The notes beneath the pieces were generated by a model. It did not search any database and was not told where the DNA came from. It saw only the letters and a program-made list of their open reading frames with translations. A stretch of 62,135 bases of DNA, the filler included, from Bipalium vagum (lineage: Eukaryota): the NCBI GenBank assembly GCA_037834085.1. It is 3 parts of 3 records of this genome, joined end to end, with 100 filler letters (N's around TTAATTAATTAA, not from the genome) between each part and the next. Parts side by side here need not be neighbours in the genome. Positions count along the whole stretch, not along the records: positions 1 to 20,406 come from JBBMKC010253935.1; 2 more parts are not named here. One strand, given 5' to 3'. Below, piece after piece: positions 1 through 12,100 of the stretch. Position numbers and translations under genes: made by a program. Within the stretch, counting starts at the first letter, position 1. Every line of letters begins with the position of its first letter.

Positions 1-281
1 AGCTTTTTAATTAAGAGTGACTGCCTTGCAGTTTGTTTGTTGGAGTGTTGATAAGTGACTGCCTGTGCAGTTTGTTTATTTTTGTTTGACTGCCGATTGT
101 TGCAGTTTGTTTGAGGTGACTGCCTGTTGAAGTTTGTTGCTGTAATTAAAAGGATCACACCCTCATTTTATTAATATATTTTAAGAGAATTTTTTTTGTG
201 CTTTTGGGTGCGAGCTCAATAGTTAAGCCCACAGCAACCTTAGTAAGGTCAGATACGCTAAGGGGCAGGTTTGCGCCAACA
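1..281 (-). mobile_element. Probable LTR-retrotransposon terminus or leader with internal tandem repeats
   Basis: The minus strand starts TGTTGGCGC at 281 (LTR start or PBS-like). Four copies of TGACTGCC..TG(C/A)AGTTTGTT lie in 17-140. Confidence 0.4.
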
Positions 282-299
282 ATAATAATCATAGTAACC

Positions 300-1012
300 A
301 TCTTTGTTTAAAATGTTTCAATTCATGTAGACAGTTAAATCTTATAAATGAACATATAAAGTTGTGTCAAGAACACAAATAATCAAAAGCTACTTTACAT
401 GATAAAGAATATTGCGAGTATAACAATTTTCATTTTATGAATAAAATACCATTTGTATTATATGGTGATTTCGAAACCTTTAATTTAATAAAATCTGATA
501 ATGAGTTGGAGTTGCAAAGCAATGAAATACATCAAAAACCATTATCATTAGGTGTTTATTTAAAAAGTAATTATGAACATTTAATTTTAATCATGATATC
601 ACAATATCATGAATTTTATGGACAAAATATAATTAATAATTTTTTAGAATTTTTACAAAATATTAATATTAAATTAGCTGATATAATAAAAAATACAAAC
701 ATTCCAATTATTATGACAGAACAAGATGAAATAAACTGAATAAATCAAAAAGATGTTATTATTGTAATAAAAATATTGAATCAAAATCAGAAAAGATTAA
801 AGATCATGATCGCTTAAATGAAAATTATAGAGGAGCAGCTCACAATACCTGTAATCACAAATGATAAATCTTTAAGAAATTTCTTTATTCCATTTTATTT
901 TCATAATGGTTCAAAATATGATAATCACTTATTCTTTGTAGATTTATTAACAAAAATCCTAATGAAAATATTAAATTACTTCATCATACAGATGAAGAAT
1001 ATATAAGTTTTA
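300..1012 (+). mobile_element. Decayed Maverick/Polinton-type protein-primed DNA polymerase B fragment (N-terminal/exonuclease region with endonuclease VII-like insert)
   Basis: Across frameshifts: CLKCFN..HIKLC, PFVLYGDFET (ExoI), CYYC..DHDRLNENYRGAAHNTCN, PFYFHNGSKYDNHL (ExoII). Stops and frameshifts are present. Confidence 0.8.
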
Positions 1013-1950
1013 ATTATTTTTTAATGTAATGGCTTTGTAATATGTTCTTAATATGAATCTTTTACCATAGAGATAGTGTTTGAAATGATTGCAGAAATAG
1101 TAAATTGATAAGAGCTCCTTTCGGGTAATGCAATATCCTCTTTCGTGGACGGACATTGTATGGGATCCATATGCAATAACTCTTTCCTTACCTTTATTGT
1201 CTTTCTGGGCCAGCACTGCTCCAATCGTATCAAAGCTGGCATACGTATCTAGACTAAATTCTCTTCGTATGTCTGGGTAACTTAGCACCAGTGGATTTGT
1301 AAGGGCTGTTTTCATCTCTGAGAAGGCTGTACTGCACGCTTCTGTCCAGATTAGTTTCTCTTTGTACCGTCCACAAAGTTCCTCTAATGCTCTAGCCTTG
1401 TTTACATAACCATTGATGAAACGCCGATAATATTAGTTGCAAAGGCTTAGAAAACTTCGGAGAGTTTTTAAACACTTTGGGTGTTCAAATTTCTTTATAG
1501 CATCGACTTTCGTAGGGTCGGCTTTCACACCGTCATTGCTTATAATATGCCCCAAAAATGTTATTTCTTTCTGTTTAAATGAGCATTTGTCTGGGTTTAT
1601 TCGTATTCCTGCTGATTTGATTCTCATCAGCACTTCATTTAAGCGTTCGTAATGTTCTTCTAGGCCTTCAGAGTGTATTAGAATGTCATATGGAATGTCT
1701 CACAGGATTTTGGTCATCAATTCTTGGAATGTACCTGGTGCGATTGATACAGAACTGTCATGTTTTCGCCGAGAATGCTGTCTTCTCCTTCGAATCTTCA
1801 TCCAATTCTACCTGCTGGTAAGCCTGTTCGAGGTCGATAGAGCTAAAATAAACGGCTTCATTAAGTCTTTCCAACATGTCATCTACATTCGGCATAGGGA
1901 ATGCCTGTCTTTCCGTTACCAGGTTTAGTCTTCGAAAATCTAGACAAATG
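1010..1950 (-). mobile_element. Ty3/Gypsy pol fragment (RT and RNase H), degenerate
   Basis: ICLDFRRLN, YFSSIDLEQAYQQV, KTAF, INPDKC..FLGHIIS, LRSFL, DTYASFDTIGAVLAQ, YCITRKELLSI, YLYGKRF; the YxDD region is disrupted. Confidence 0.92.
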
Positions 1951-2029
1951 TCCTTTATATAAAAAATAAAAATAAAAATAATAAAAATAACAATAAATAA
2001 TAAAAAATAATAATAATAAATAAAAAACA

Positions 2030-3288
2030 AAATAAATACGCTTTCAAAATGTATTTCAAAACAATGTATCTGCCGACAACCGTATTATTTAAACAACAAA
2101 TTATTTTTTAATATTATTAATAATCCTCACTAGGAAAATTAAAAAATACAGTAAAACCGGAAAAATAGACGATAAACGTCGAGCTGAACGTCCAAAAAAC
2201 GTCCTCAAGAGACGCCGTCATTTTACGAAGGTGCTTCTTGGCAGATAGAAGTCTGAATTCTACAGATTCAACCAAGTTATGGTCTGAATCAACAGGAGTG
2301 ACAGTGTGCACTTCAACTGTAAGGAAAAGGCTTCAAAGTTTTTGAATTCGTTGCTGTCGTCCTAGAAAAAATCCATTATTAACAGAAATGCAACGAATGT
2401 GGACTTCAGAAGGATGAAATGGTGTTTTGTTTAGTGACGAATCTACATTTATTATCAATAATCACAGCTGAAATGCGTTCGTTCGTCGTTTTCCTAACGA
2501 AGAATCTTCACAGAAGTGTATTTTACCAACGATTAAGCATCCAGGTTCAATAATGAGATGGAGTTGCTTGTCATCTACTGGCCTTGAAAGATTGCATATC
2601 TTGTCAGGGGCAATAACTGGATCAAACCATATTAAGGTATTGACCTCAAATATGCTACCAAGTAGGGAAGACCTTTTTAAAGACAAAAATTTTATTTTTC
2701 AAGACGAAAATGCTCCATGCCACAGGGCAAAAGTAGTTTAAAATTGTTTAGAAGACAATGGTATTCAAAGAATGGACTGACCCGCGCAGTCACCCGATCT
2801 TAATTCAATCGAAAATCTGTGGCAAAGTGTTGCCAATATTATTTCTAAAAGTAAACCAAAGAATAAAAAATATTTAAGTGAAGCATTATGTAATGTCTGG
2901 TATCATTGCAACGTAGAACTTGAATTGAAGAAATTAGTAGATTCAATACCGAAACTATGTAAATTAGTAATAAAAGAACAAAGGCTGGCCTATTATATAT
3001 TAAAAGAAAGATGTTATTTTTCTATATTATTGTAAAAAGCTTTTGTAATAACAAAATTTGAATTTGTGTTGTATTTTATAAACAAAGCATATATCATTGT
3101 AGATAATGTGTTTTTATTATTTTAGCAACCTTTTAGCCGGCACAAATTATTTATTTCTTTTAATATAATATCTGAAGTGTGGCCTTGTCAAGTTTGCTAC
3201 AAATTTCATACAATATTGTGCCAAAAATTGTTCTAATGTTAAAAATTGTATTTTTCTTGTGGTGATGCAGAACTTTTTACCAACACTG
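2030..3288 (+). mobile_element. Tc1-like transposon, degenerate
   Basis: VLFSDES, TIKHPG, FIFQDENAPCHRAK, PAQSPDLNSIENLW; right TIR ...ACCAACACTG followed by TA. Confidence 0.9.
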
Positions 3289-3399
3289 TATATATATACA
3301 TAGATATATCAATAGTAACAAAAGGAATACATTTTCTTCTATAATCAGACTTTGTTGTTCCAATATAAAAAAATTAAATTAAAAAAGAATATTATTATA

Positions 3400-4300
3400 T
3401 CTTAATTTTTTTTATTTTTCTCATTTTGAAGGACAATTTTCAGAATACAATCTTATTTTCTGAACAATCCAGTTAAACCTTTAGAGATGGGAAAGGATTT
3501 CTATTTGATTGAGGAAGTCTGATTTACAATGGGAATTTTGTGGACATAGCAATTGACAAAGCGGTTTCTCTTGTCAACGGGGAATTTTCTATATCCATTA
3601 ATTATTTATTAGAGAGGTATGGAAATCTCATGAAATCTATTTCCTGATGCTCTCAAAAGAATTCAGGTCAAAGACTATTCTATAATTTGAAAGGGTTCTC
3701 CAATGAATTGGTTGAAGAGTAATTTTGTGCTTATCATAGTAAAAGAGATCCACATTCAAACAGGAAATGGTTTGGTAAATTTAATGACGACATCTACTTC
3801 GCTTGTATATTTTAGATGAGTATATGGTTATTAATTTGTTGAATTTTGTTCAAAAGATGAATAGGAGTACGAGGTTTCAATACTTTACAAAGTTTTGGCG
3901 ATGAAATAATCAAATTATATTATTGTTAAAGCACAACCTTCACCTCTCGTTTAACTGATATCTCATGTTTGTTGAGGAACAAATTTATAAACATTAAAAA
4001 TGATAGAAATATTAATACAATCTTTCAAAACGAAGCTCAAGAGGAAAAATCAAGGATCAGATTAAAACAAAATTAACGACATTTGCTGATTGCAGGGTCA
4101 ATACTTTAATCAGGCATGATTGATTTCGAAGTCCAAAAGATGCTTTGGAATGGTGATATTTATTTTGAGAATATATATGATAAATATGGCGTTGATGGAC
4201 TTTGGTTTCTTATGGTAGCTTTCCAATTTTTAGTCATATTTATAAGACCATCATCATTTTTGGTGTTATAAAAACATATTTAACCATCTTGAAAACAGTG
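3400..4300 (-). mobile_element. Highly decayed retroelement-like coding relic (possibly Penelope-like RT)
   Basis: Coding-like composition with only weak motif echoes (PSTPYLSYILKI, IPVDK); many stops. Confidence 0.25.
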
Positions 4301-4306
4301 GTCTTG

Positions 4307-4554
4307 TGTAACAAACATTGTTAATTATTAAGACGGAAGGATTAATGAAAAATATTTAACGTAGCCTTTTACAGCTGAGAGTGGCTTTGAATTGGCATTA
4401 ATGTATGTAGTACGTTTTTGTGTATTATATGTACAGTGTACGTTAGTTTCTATGTAGTCCTCAGGGGTGGTAGGCTTGAAGGACTGACCTGATTTTGTAA
4501 ATAGTAAGCAACTCGTTGGTGGTATTAAATTGATTCACGGTAAATTTCGTTACT
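4307..4554 (+). mobile_element. Putative solo LTR
   Basis: TGTAAC...GTTACT inverted termini about 250 bp apart, with ATTAAA near the 3' end. Confidence 0.4.
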
Positions 4555-7363
4555 AATAATAATATTTAATTTATAATGAAACGAAAAATTTTACTAAAAT
4601 TATAAAAATAACGCATTTTTTCATTTTTTTGATTCGTATTCCACAAAAATGGCTTTCTTTTTTATACTCACTCTTGTATTTTAAAGTTCTTTGGTCAAAT
4701 ATGTTAGTATCCTTTGTTATTTGCGTTATGAATTGACATAGACTTAGGTATGAGGAAAGTAAAGGGTTAAAATAATATTTTTCAAGTCATAATTAAGAAG
4801 GGTGAAGTATGTTGAAGTTGATATCATTTCAAGAGATTTTAAAACAACCGACCTCAGTCACCTTCCTAATTATCTACAGAGCATTGGATTAATAAAATTA
4901 AAAAAATTAAGTAAATTGGATTAAAGAAGTCTTAAAAATCATTTCAGAATATCAAAGGAATTCCAGAGCATTCCAATGCGTGCTGGTGGACTTAACTAAT
5001 TTGATACAATACCCTTTTTGCTACATTAAATGTGATTTTAAGCCAAAAATAAACGAGTCTAGTTTGTCTCAATCTCATTTAGAAGACAAAATATTTTTTG
5101 AGAAGTTAAATCTTGAAATTTACAGATCAGGAAAAAATAGAATTTTGGTAATATAGTACAATAGAACTTATGTCGAAAAGAAACAGTTTGTTATATTAAG
5201 AAAGTTTCGGTAATGAAGGTCCATTGCTTGAGTGGGGTCCGTATGAATGAGTTTAGTAGAGTTACTCGCAAAGTATCTATCGTTTTTCTTGAATATACAT
5301 AAATGTGATAGAAGGACATGTCGCAGGATTCTTGCTCTTTTATGCTAAGGGGTTGTTTCAGGTTTTTTGTAATCACACTGAGTGGCTTGATTCTTAAGAA
5401 AAATTGATATTTTCGACATTGTTCCGGACGTTGTATATTTTTTCTGAATTATGGCTCTTGAAAACATTAATTCACGTAATATATTGTGGGATCTTTTACG
5501 TCAGGCTGGTGTTGATAGATGTATTAACAGATAATTTTGCTGGTTCAGAAGCCAACTGTACCTTAGTTTTCTTGACCAACGGTCTCAAAAGGGTTATATA
5601 TATGTAGCAAAACATCTGCATGGAGATTGAGGATGTCTTCATCATCAACATTCTTTCCTTGTAATTCCTGGTTTGTTGATAGGACACCTTCGAGAGAATT
5701 GTTTGCTGTTTTGGTGACTTTCGTAACCTACCAGCTAAACCAATGGGGTGTCATCGGTCAAAAAAATGGTCTTTGTTCGATTCGATGAGTATATTTTGTA
5801 ACCCTAAGGATTACTTTAGGTTAGCAAAGCAAAATAGCCTGACCAAATCGTAAAATTAGTCTGAAAAGATAAATAAATAGTGCTAAAGAAGAAGTCATCT
5901 GGAATCATGTACTAGGTCCTTTACTTAGTTCGTTAAAACACAGGATATTTTTACTCATTTGAAACAAAAAGTCGAATTAAGGTGACCCGGTTCGAAGCCG
6001 ACTAGCTTAGGATAACTGGATAATTTTTGAGGTGCAGTTTAATTTTTTGTGGTGGTTGGTTATTATCAAGAAAAAGTGTAACACGTTCAACATCAGAATG
6101 CTCCAATGGGTTAAACATTAATAATTAAAACAAAATTTATAATTTTTCTTTCTGGAATAAGTCCCTGTGATAAATTGTTTTATTTTTATATTAATATATT
6201 TTAAAATGATTTTTTGTAATTTTTACCTAATTAAAATCGAGGAATAAAATTTTCTCAAGATATTAATTAATTATATTTTTTTAATTTGACTGTATTTACA
6301 ATATTTTTAAAATATACCCAGAGCTTAATAGTGAAATAAATAAATCCTGTGCTTCTTTATACAATTGAAATCTGATTATAAAGCGGATCTGAGATAACAT
6401 TTACAAGAGATATCACAATGGAACTTTGACTGATCTTCAATATAGAAGAAATTGATGAAGAACTATTTTGGGAAGATTGATCAAATAAAATTCCTTAAGA
6501 TGCTTCAGATTAGCCACCGGAAGGTGGGACAAAAATGAATTAAGAGTAAAAAAATCAAATTATTAAATTTCAAAGAGACAACGGATATATACAACCGATA
6601 AATTATGAAAAATGTAATGTTATAGAAAGAGTAGATTAATGAAAACATGAGGAGACAAAATTAAATAAAAATAATCTTTAAAAAAATCGAGTTTAAAATT
6701 TATTATAACTGATCTGAAAGAAAAGATGTCAAATATTAAAATTTACATTATAAGTTAACCGGTTTGACACTCGTGCTTTTGGTGAAAGGCTTTAAGTTAC
6801 AGAGTATTACACTGTATATATATATATATATATATACCTTTTCTTAACTCTGGTTTTGAGGTCATTTTAAATAATAAGAGAAATTGAAATAAATCTATTA
6901 ATAAAATATGAACTATTTTAATTTATTTAAACAAATGCCGAGATATTAAACATCCGAAAATGTTTTAAATTGAAAGCATTTTTATCTCACATTTTTTTTC
7001 ACACTCTTTATAAATATAAATTTATAGTATATGAAGACTATGTACAAAGGTATCAACAAAAATTGGTTGAAAATTTATGGGTGAAAAAGTTAAAATATAA
7101 ATAAAAAAATTAATCTTTTTAGGGTTTAAATTAGTTACGGTCGTTGTGAAAAACAAAAGAATAAATAACATTAAAAATGGCAAGTAATTCAAATCATGCG
7201 GTAGTATTTTGTTAATTATAATTATAATAATTATATGTTGGGTTAGCCAAGGACACATTCCTGCTAATCCTTGTAAAAATTATATGTTAAAGACCGCAAA
7301 AGGGTCTAGAATATTTATAATTATTATAAATTAATTATTAAGACCACAAAATGGTTAGAAGTG

Positions 7364-7364
7364 A

Positions 7365-7420
<56 letters not shown>
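7364..7420 (+). repeat. (AAT)n microsatellite
   Basis: About 18 perfect AAT units. Confidence 0.95.
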
Positions 7421-7422
<2 letters not shown>

Positions 7423-7424
7423 TA

Positions 7425-8136
7425 AAAAGTACAAACTTAATTAAAACAAAAAAAGCAATCTATTATTTTCCGAAAGGAAACTAATCTTGACAATGGCGAA
7501 GCTAAATTAGCAAGATTAGATCAAGGCCAGCAAGGAAGGACCGGTTTAGAATTAAAGAGTTACCATTAATCAAGCTGGTCTACGACTGATTAGTCGAGTT
7601 GAAATCCGCAGTGGATTACTACAAATTCTTCGAAGGAAATCACAAAACTATCTAAGAGAGCTACTTCAGAAGAAGTTCAAATGTTACTTGGTATATCAAT
7701 CTTTATGTCCTCTATGCGACAGGAGCTTACGACGGGTCCTGTGCTGTTAGGGAGTTTCTGAGTGAATTGGATTGGGCTCAGCAAACCACCCTTTAAACCT
7801 GTCGTCGACAGATTGGTGAGAGGATTATTTTTCTTTGTTTTTAAATTTTCTGTTTTAAATTAATCTTTAATTAAGTCATTTAATTAACATTGTGATTTAA
7901 GAGTATTTAATTATTTATTAATTTTTATTTTATTTTTTTTTGATTTTGTAGAGTTATTTGATTGTGTAACGGCTGACATTTAATTAGAAGTTCAATTTGA
8001 TCACTCGAGACATTGTGTTTGTTATTGTTATTTTGATAATAAAGTGTAGTTTGTAGTTCTTTTGATTCATTCATTTGCGACACGTTTTGACAAAAGTGAA
8101 GGAGTCAATAAACTTTATGAGCTAAGTGTTACGACA
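7425..8136 (+). mobile_element. Dispersed repeat, copy 1 (LTR-like, structured); homologous to 28370-29075
   Basis: Shares blocks CTAATCTTGACAATGGCGAAGCTAA, TGGTCTACGACTGAT, ATGCGACAGGAGCTTA..GGTCCTGTGCTGTTAGGG and CAAACCACCCTTT with copy 2. Ends AATAAA...TGTTACGACA. Confidence 0.75.
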
Positions 8137-8395
8137 GCGTTCATAGTAAAATAATAGCATAACATATATCTAGTAATTAAAACAATAATAATTATAAATG
8201 AACTGAAACAATGGTGATGTTATCTTAAAAATAAATAGAAAAATAAAAGGGTTTGTAAAGTGTTTTAAAATGAATAAAAATTATTATAAAATATTTTATT
8301 TATATCATTTGAATTATGTTATGTTTCTGTCTAATTTAAGTGGTGATAATACAATAGTTAATGTGGCCACCACCTGGATTTTGATGAAGAAAAGA

Positions 8396-9153
8396 CTATT
8401 TAAACAATGGCATGATCAATAAGATTATGATAGTGGCTGAACCGGCCACCGTAGCAAATATCCAGAACAAACATCGATCAAGGATATATGCCATAACCTT
8501 CCATTCTATCATCATTTCTTGGTCTTGCTCATCCTCCTGTTGCTTTTCAATCAGATGATGCAAATGTTGAATGATCTCAGAATACTGATTGATTGTATTT
8601 TGGCTTAATATATTACGATCATTGATAACAGTATCACTTAGTCCATTTAAGAAATCAAGTTTGTTGCCGTTTTTCTTTATTGGTGGTGTACTGCTACACG
8701 AAAAGGTATTGGAGTAATCATTACTTTTGTTTTCCAATACCAGGTGATCAGCACTATTATCTGAGTTAGAATTTACACAGTCAAACATTGTTATTTTTGA
8801 TACATTGTAATCGGTTTTTTCACACAATATATGAGGATTTGAAGTCGAAGCTGAGTTTTCTTTGCCTATATAATTAGGAATCTTTTCTTCGGTTAAAAAT
8901 TCTTTAGACAGGAACTTATCTGTATATGACATGGAAAACTGAGCCCCGTTGATGGTTTCATTATTTCTTTTTCGAAGCTTATATCGACGAACTGTAGTCA
9001 TACCAAGCAGGGGAGCTAATTTATCAAAAAATATATGTCTTAATTGAGGTGGTATCGATTTATGATTAGGACCAATATGGTGGATATGTAACACCAGCAC
9101 TGTCAATACTATTGACAAAGATGTTGTTGCCATGATGACAGTCAAATAGATAC
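8396..9153 (-). CDS. nAChR alpha last exon (M3, cytoplasmic loop, M4)
   Basis: [26 protein letters not shown]...[17 protein letters not shown]; ends at a TAG stop. Confidence 0.97.
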
Positions 9154-12100
9154 CTTAATAAAGGTTTTTCATATTAGAAAAGACGTTCAACACAAAGTTC
9201 TAGTTACCTATTAGAGGAACAAATTCACTTGTTGCTGGCATTTTCTCTGCAATAAGGAGCATGAAAACGGAAAATGCCAATAATACTGTTATTCCCAAAG
9301 TTATTTTTTCACCTGAATCAGGTGGTAGCCAAAAACTGAGAAGACTGAGAACGGTTAACCATAAACACGGAAGTATGATGTTGAATAAATAATATAATGT
9401 GCGTCTTCTCATGGAAATTGTAAACGTAATATCAGGGTAAGTTTCATTGCAACAAGGGTAGACAACCTAGACAGGAACAAGTAATTAAAAATCGAAAATA
9501 TTAAAAAATAAATTATACAAAAATAATAGTTTATTCAATTTGCTAATCAAGATTTAATTAGATTGGAGTTTTAAAAGTTAATAATATTAATTATTAATAT
9601 ATTAAAATATTTTTTGTTAGGTAACAATTGTTAGGATAACAAATGTTTTCGTTTGTAAATTTTTTTAAAAAATTAAAAAGAAATTTAAAAATCTTTTTAT
9701 TAATTATGATAAATAACACTTTCTGCCTTCGATATATATTATAAATAATACCGTTTAATGAGTCTGGAAAAATTCTTAACTAATTAATATAAATTTACAA
9801 CTGAAAATTGTCATACGGAAATTATTTTTTTTCAATTTGATATAAAATAAAAATTTTAATAATATAAATAATAAAATTGCAAAATTTGGTGTAAATGTAT
9901 AAATAAATTATAGATATAAATGGATAATTATTAAAAAATATAATATAATAAAATAATAAAATGTAATATAAAATATTATATAAATTAAATAACATAATAA
10001 TAATAATAATAATAATATTTAACATAATAAATATTATATATTATAATAAATATTTAAAAATGGATAATAAATTGAACAAATCAATAATATATAAATAATA
10101 TAATATATTTAATATGAAAAAAAAATTATAAATGTATTAGGTGAATCAGAAAGTAACCTCGTTTTTCTAATTTTTAAAATTAATTTCTAAATATTGACAA
10201 TTTTATTGTTGTTTTAATAATATTGATATAAAAATATTTGAAGCGCAATATTTAAAGTATAATAAATCATATTTATTTTTTAGATTATAATTTTTATAAT
10301 TCAGTGGCTACATTTGTCCCGACTAAGCAAAATGTACGAAATTGGCTCCTGTACGAATATCTCCGTGGATCTACCGCCACACTAGCTCCCTCTAATAATA
10401 ATGACATGAATAAAGGAGCTATTAATATTCGCCAAGCACAAGAATGGTTTGCAAGATTCAGTTTTGGTGACTTCAACCTCAATGACCATAAAAGAAGTGG
10501 ACGTCTACCAACGACTGACGACGTATTATTGGAAGAACTCATAAGAAGCGACCAACGATTAACGACTGAACAAATGTCAAAACCCTCGGCTGTAGTCCTA
10601 CTACAGTTTAGACTAACTTACATATGATTGGAAAGTCATATAAGGCAGGTGTCTGGGTATCCCATGAATTGACCGAAAAAAATAAATCTGTTAGACTATC
10701 TGTTTGTCAACACTGATTCTGAAGAACAACAGTGATCCATTTCTTTAACGAATTGACTGAATTCAGTACCACAATCCCAAAAGACAAAAGCAATGGTTAT
10801 TTCCAGGTGAAACCACGATGCCAACACCAAAACTAGGACTTCATCCTAAAAAAGCTATGCTTTGCATTTGGTGGGATTGTCATGGGGTAACCTATTGGGA
10901 ATTTCTCGAATCAAATCAGACAATTGATGGCAACAAATACTGTGATCAATTGGAAAAATTAAATGAGAACTCGGTTGAAATTCGTCCAGTTTTAGTCATC
11001 AGAAAAGGTCATTTTTCATCAGGACACCTCGAAGATCACATCTAAAAAATTAAAGACTTAGGATGAGAAGTTATGGCTCACCCACCATATAACCCAGACA
11101 TTGCTCCAACAGATTTTCATCTCTTCAGATCTTTGCAGCACTTCTTTTCTGGAAAAAGATTTCAAAAAGGAGATCCAATCATTTATTGCCTCTAAATCTT
11201 TCTCGTTCTTTGAAAAATGGATGAAATGCTTGGTTGACAAGTGGCAGGCTATAGTAAAAATAATGGCGATTTTATGATTGATTTATGATAAATTTAAATT
11301 TAAAAATTTGTAAAATGAAATTTTGTGATATTACACAATAAATATTAGTAATTTAGATATTAGTAATAAAAATCAGGGAACTTTATGACTTACCTAATAT
11401 AAATATCTTTTATTAATTGTAAAATAGTAAGATTTTAATACTAACGGAACATAATTATAACATGTGTATCATAATCATTATAAAGTAATTTTTATAAGTG
11501 GTGTAAAAAAGATAATTTATTTTCTCGATTTATTTAAAATTTAACAATAATTCACAATCCAAAAATCCAATTGTTTTAATTATTTTAAGTTTTAATTATC
11601 TAAAACTAAACTGGAGTTAATCAAACAAATTCCAAATATTATTTCAAATATGAGTTATGTAGAATCGATTTCTATCACTCATGAAAGAGATTTGTTTCAA
11701 GAAATATTTAATATTTTCAGTTCAATAGAGAAAAACGGTTATCTAATTTGTTAAAATAATAACATATTTTTATAATTAAATTTAATTGGTTGATAATTAT
11801 TATTTCATATTTTTCGCAAATATTTGAAAATCTGTTTAGAATTAATGATTTAAGTTGTAAAATTTGTGTTGAGTTCGTGTGGTATATTTTTAAAGTTTGG
11901 TATTTTTTCTACATAATTAAAATAAATAAATTAAAATAAAATCAAGTGAGAGAAAAAAATGGTTGCCAAAATAATGTTACTTAATTAATCAATAAAATAT
12001 TAAAATATAAAAATTATAATTATTTAATATATTAAAATAAAATTACTAAATCTAAAGAATTAAATTAAATTTATCACAATTATGATATTATTTTTATTTT

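Noticed and set aside
17-140. CRISPR-like repeat-spacer array
   Set aside because: Repeats are degenerate, spacers are short and low-complexity, the context is eukaryotic and there are no cas genes.
5915-6006. tRNA gene suggested by the B-box GGTTCGAAGCC
   Set aside because: No cloverleaf can be folded; at most a decayed SINE head.
9822-10025. Ile/Leu/Tyr-rich ORFs in the ORF track (also 7022, 31322, 48650, 48655, 59684, 61337)
   Set aside because: These are translations of AT-rich sequence and AAT/TA microsatellites, with no coding signal.
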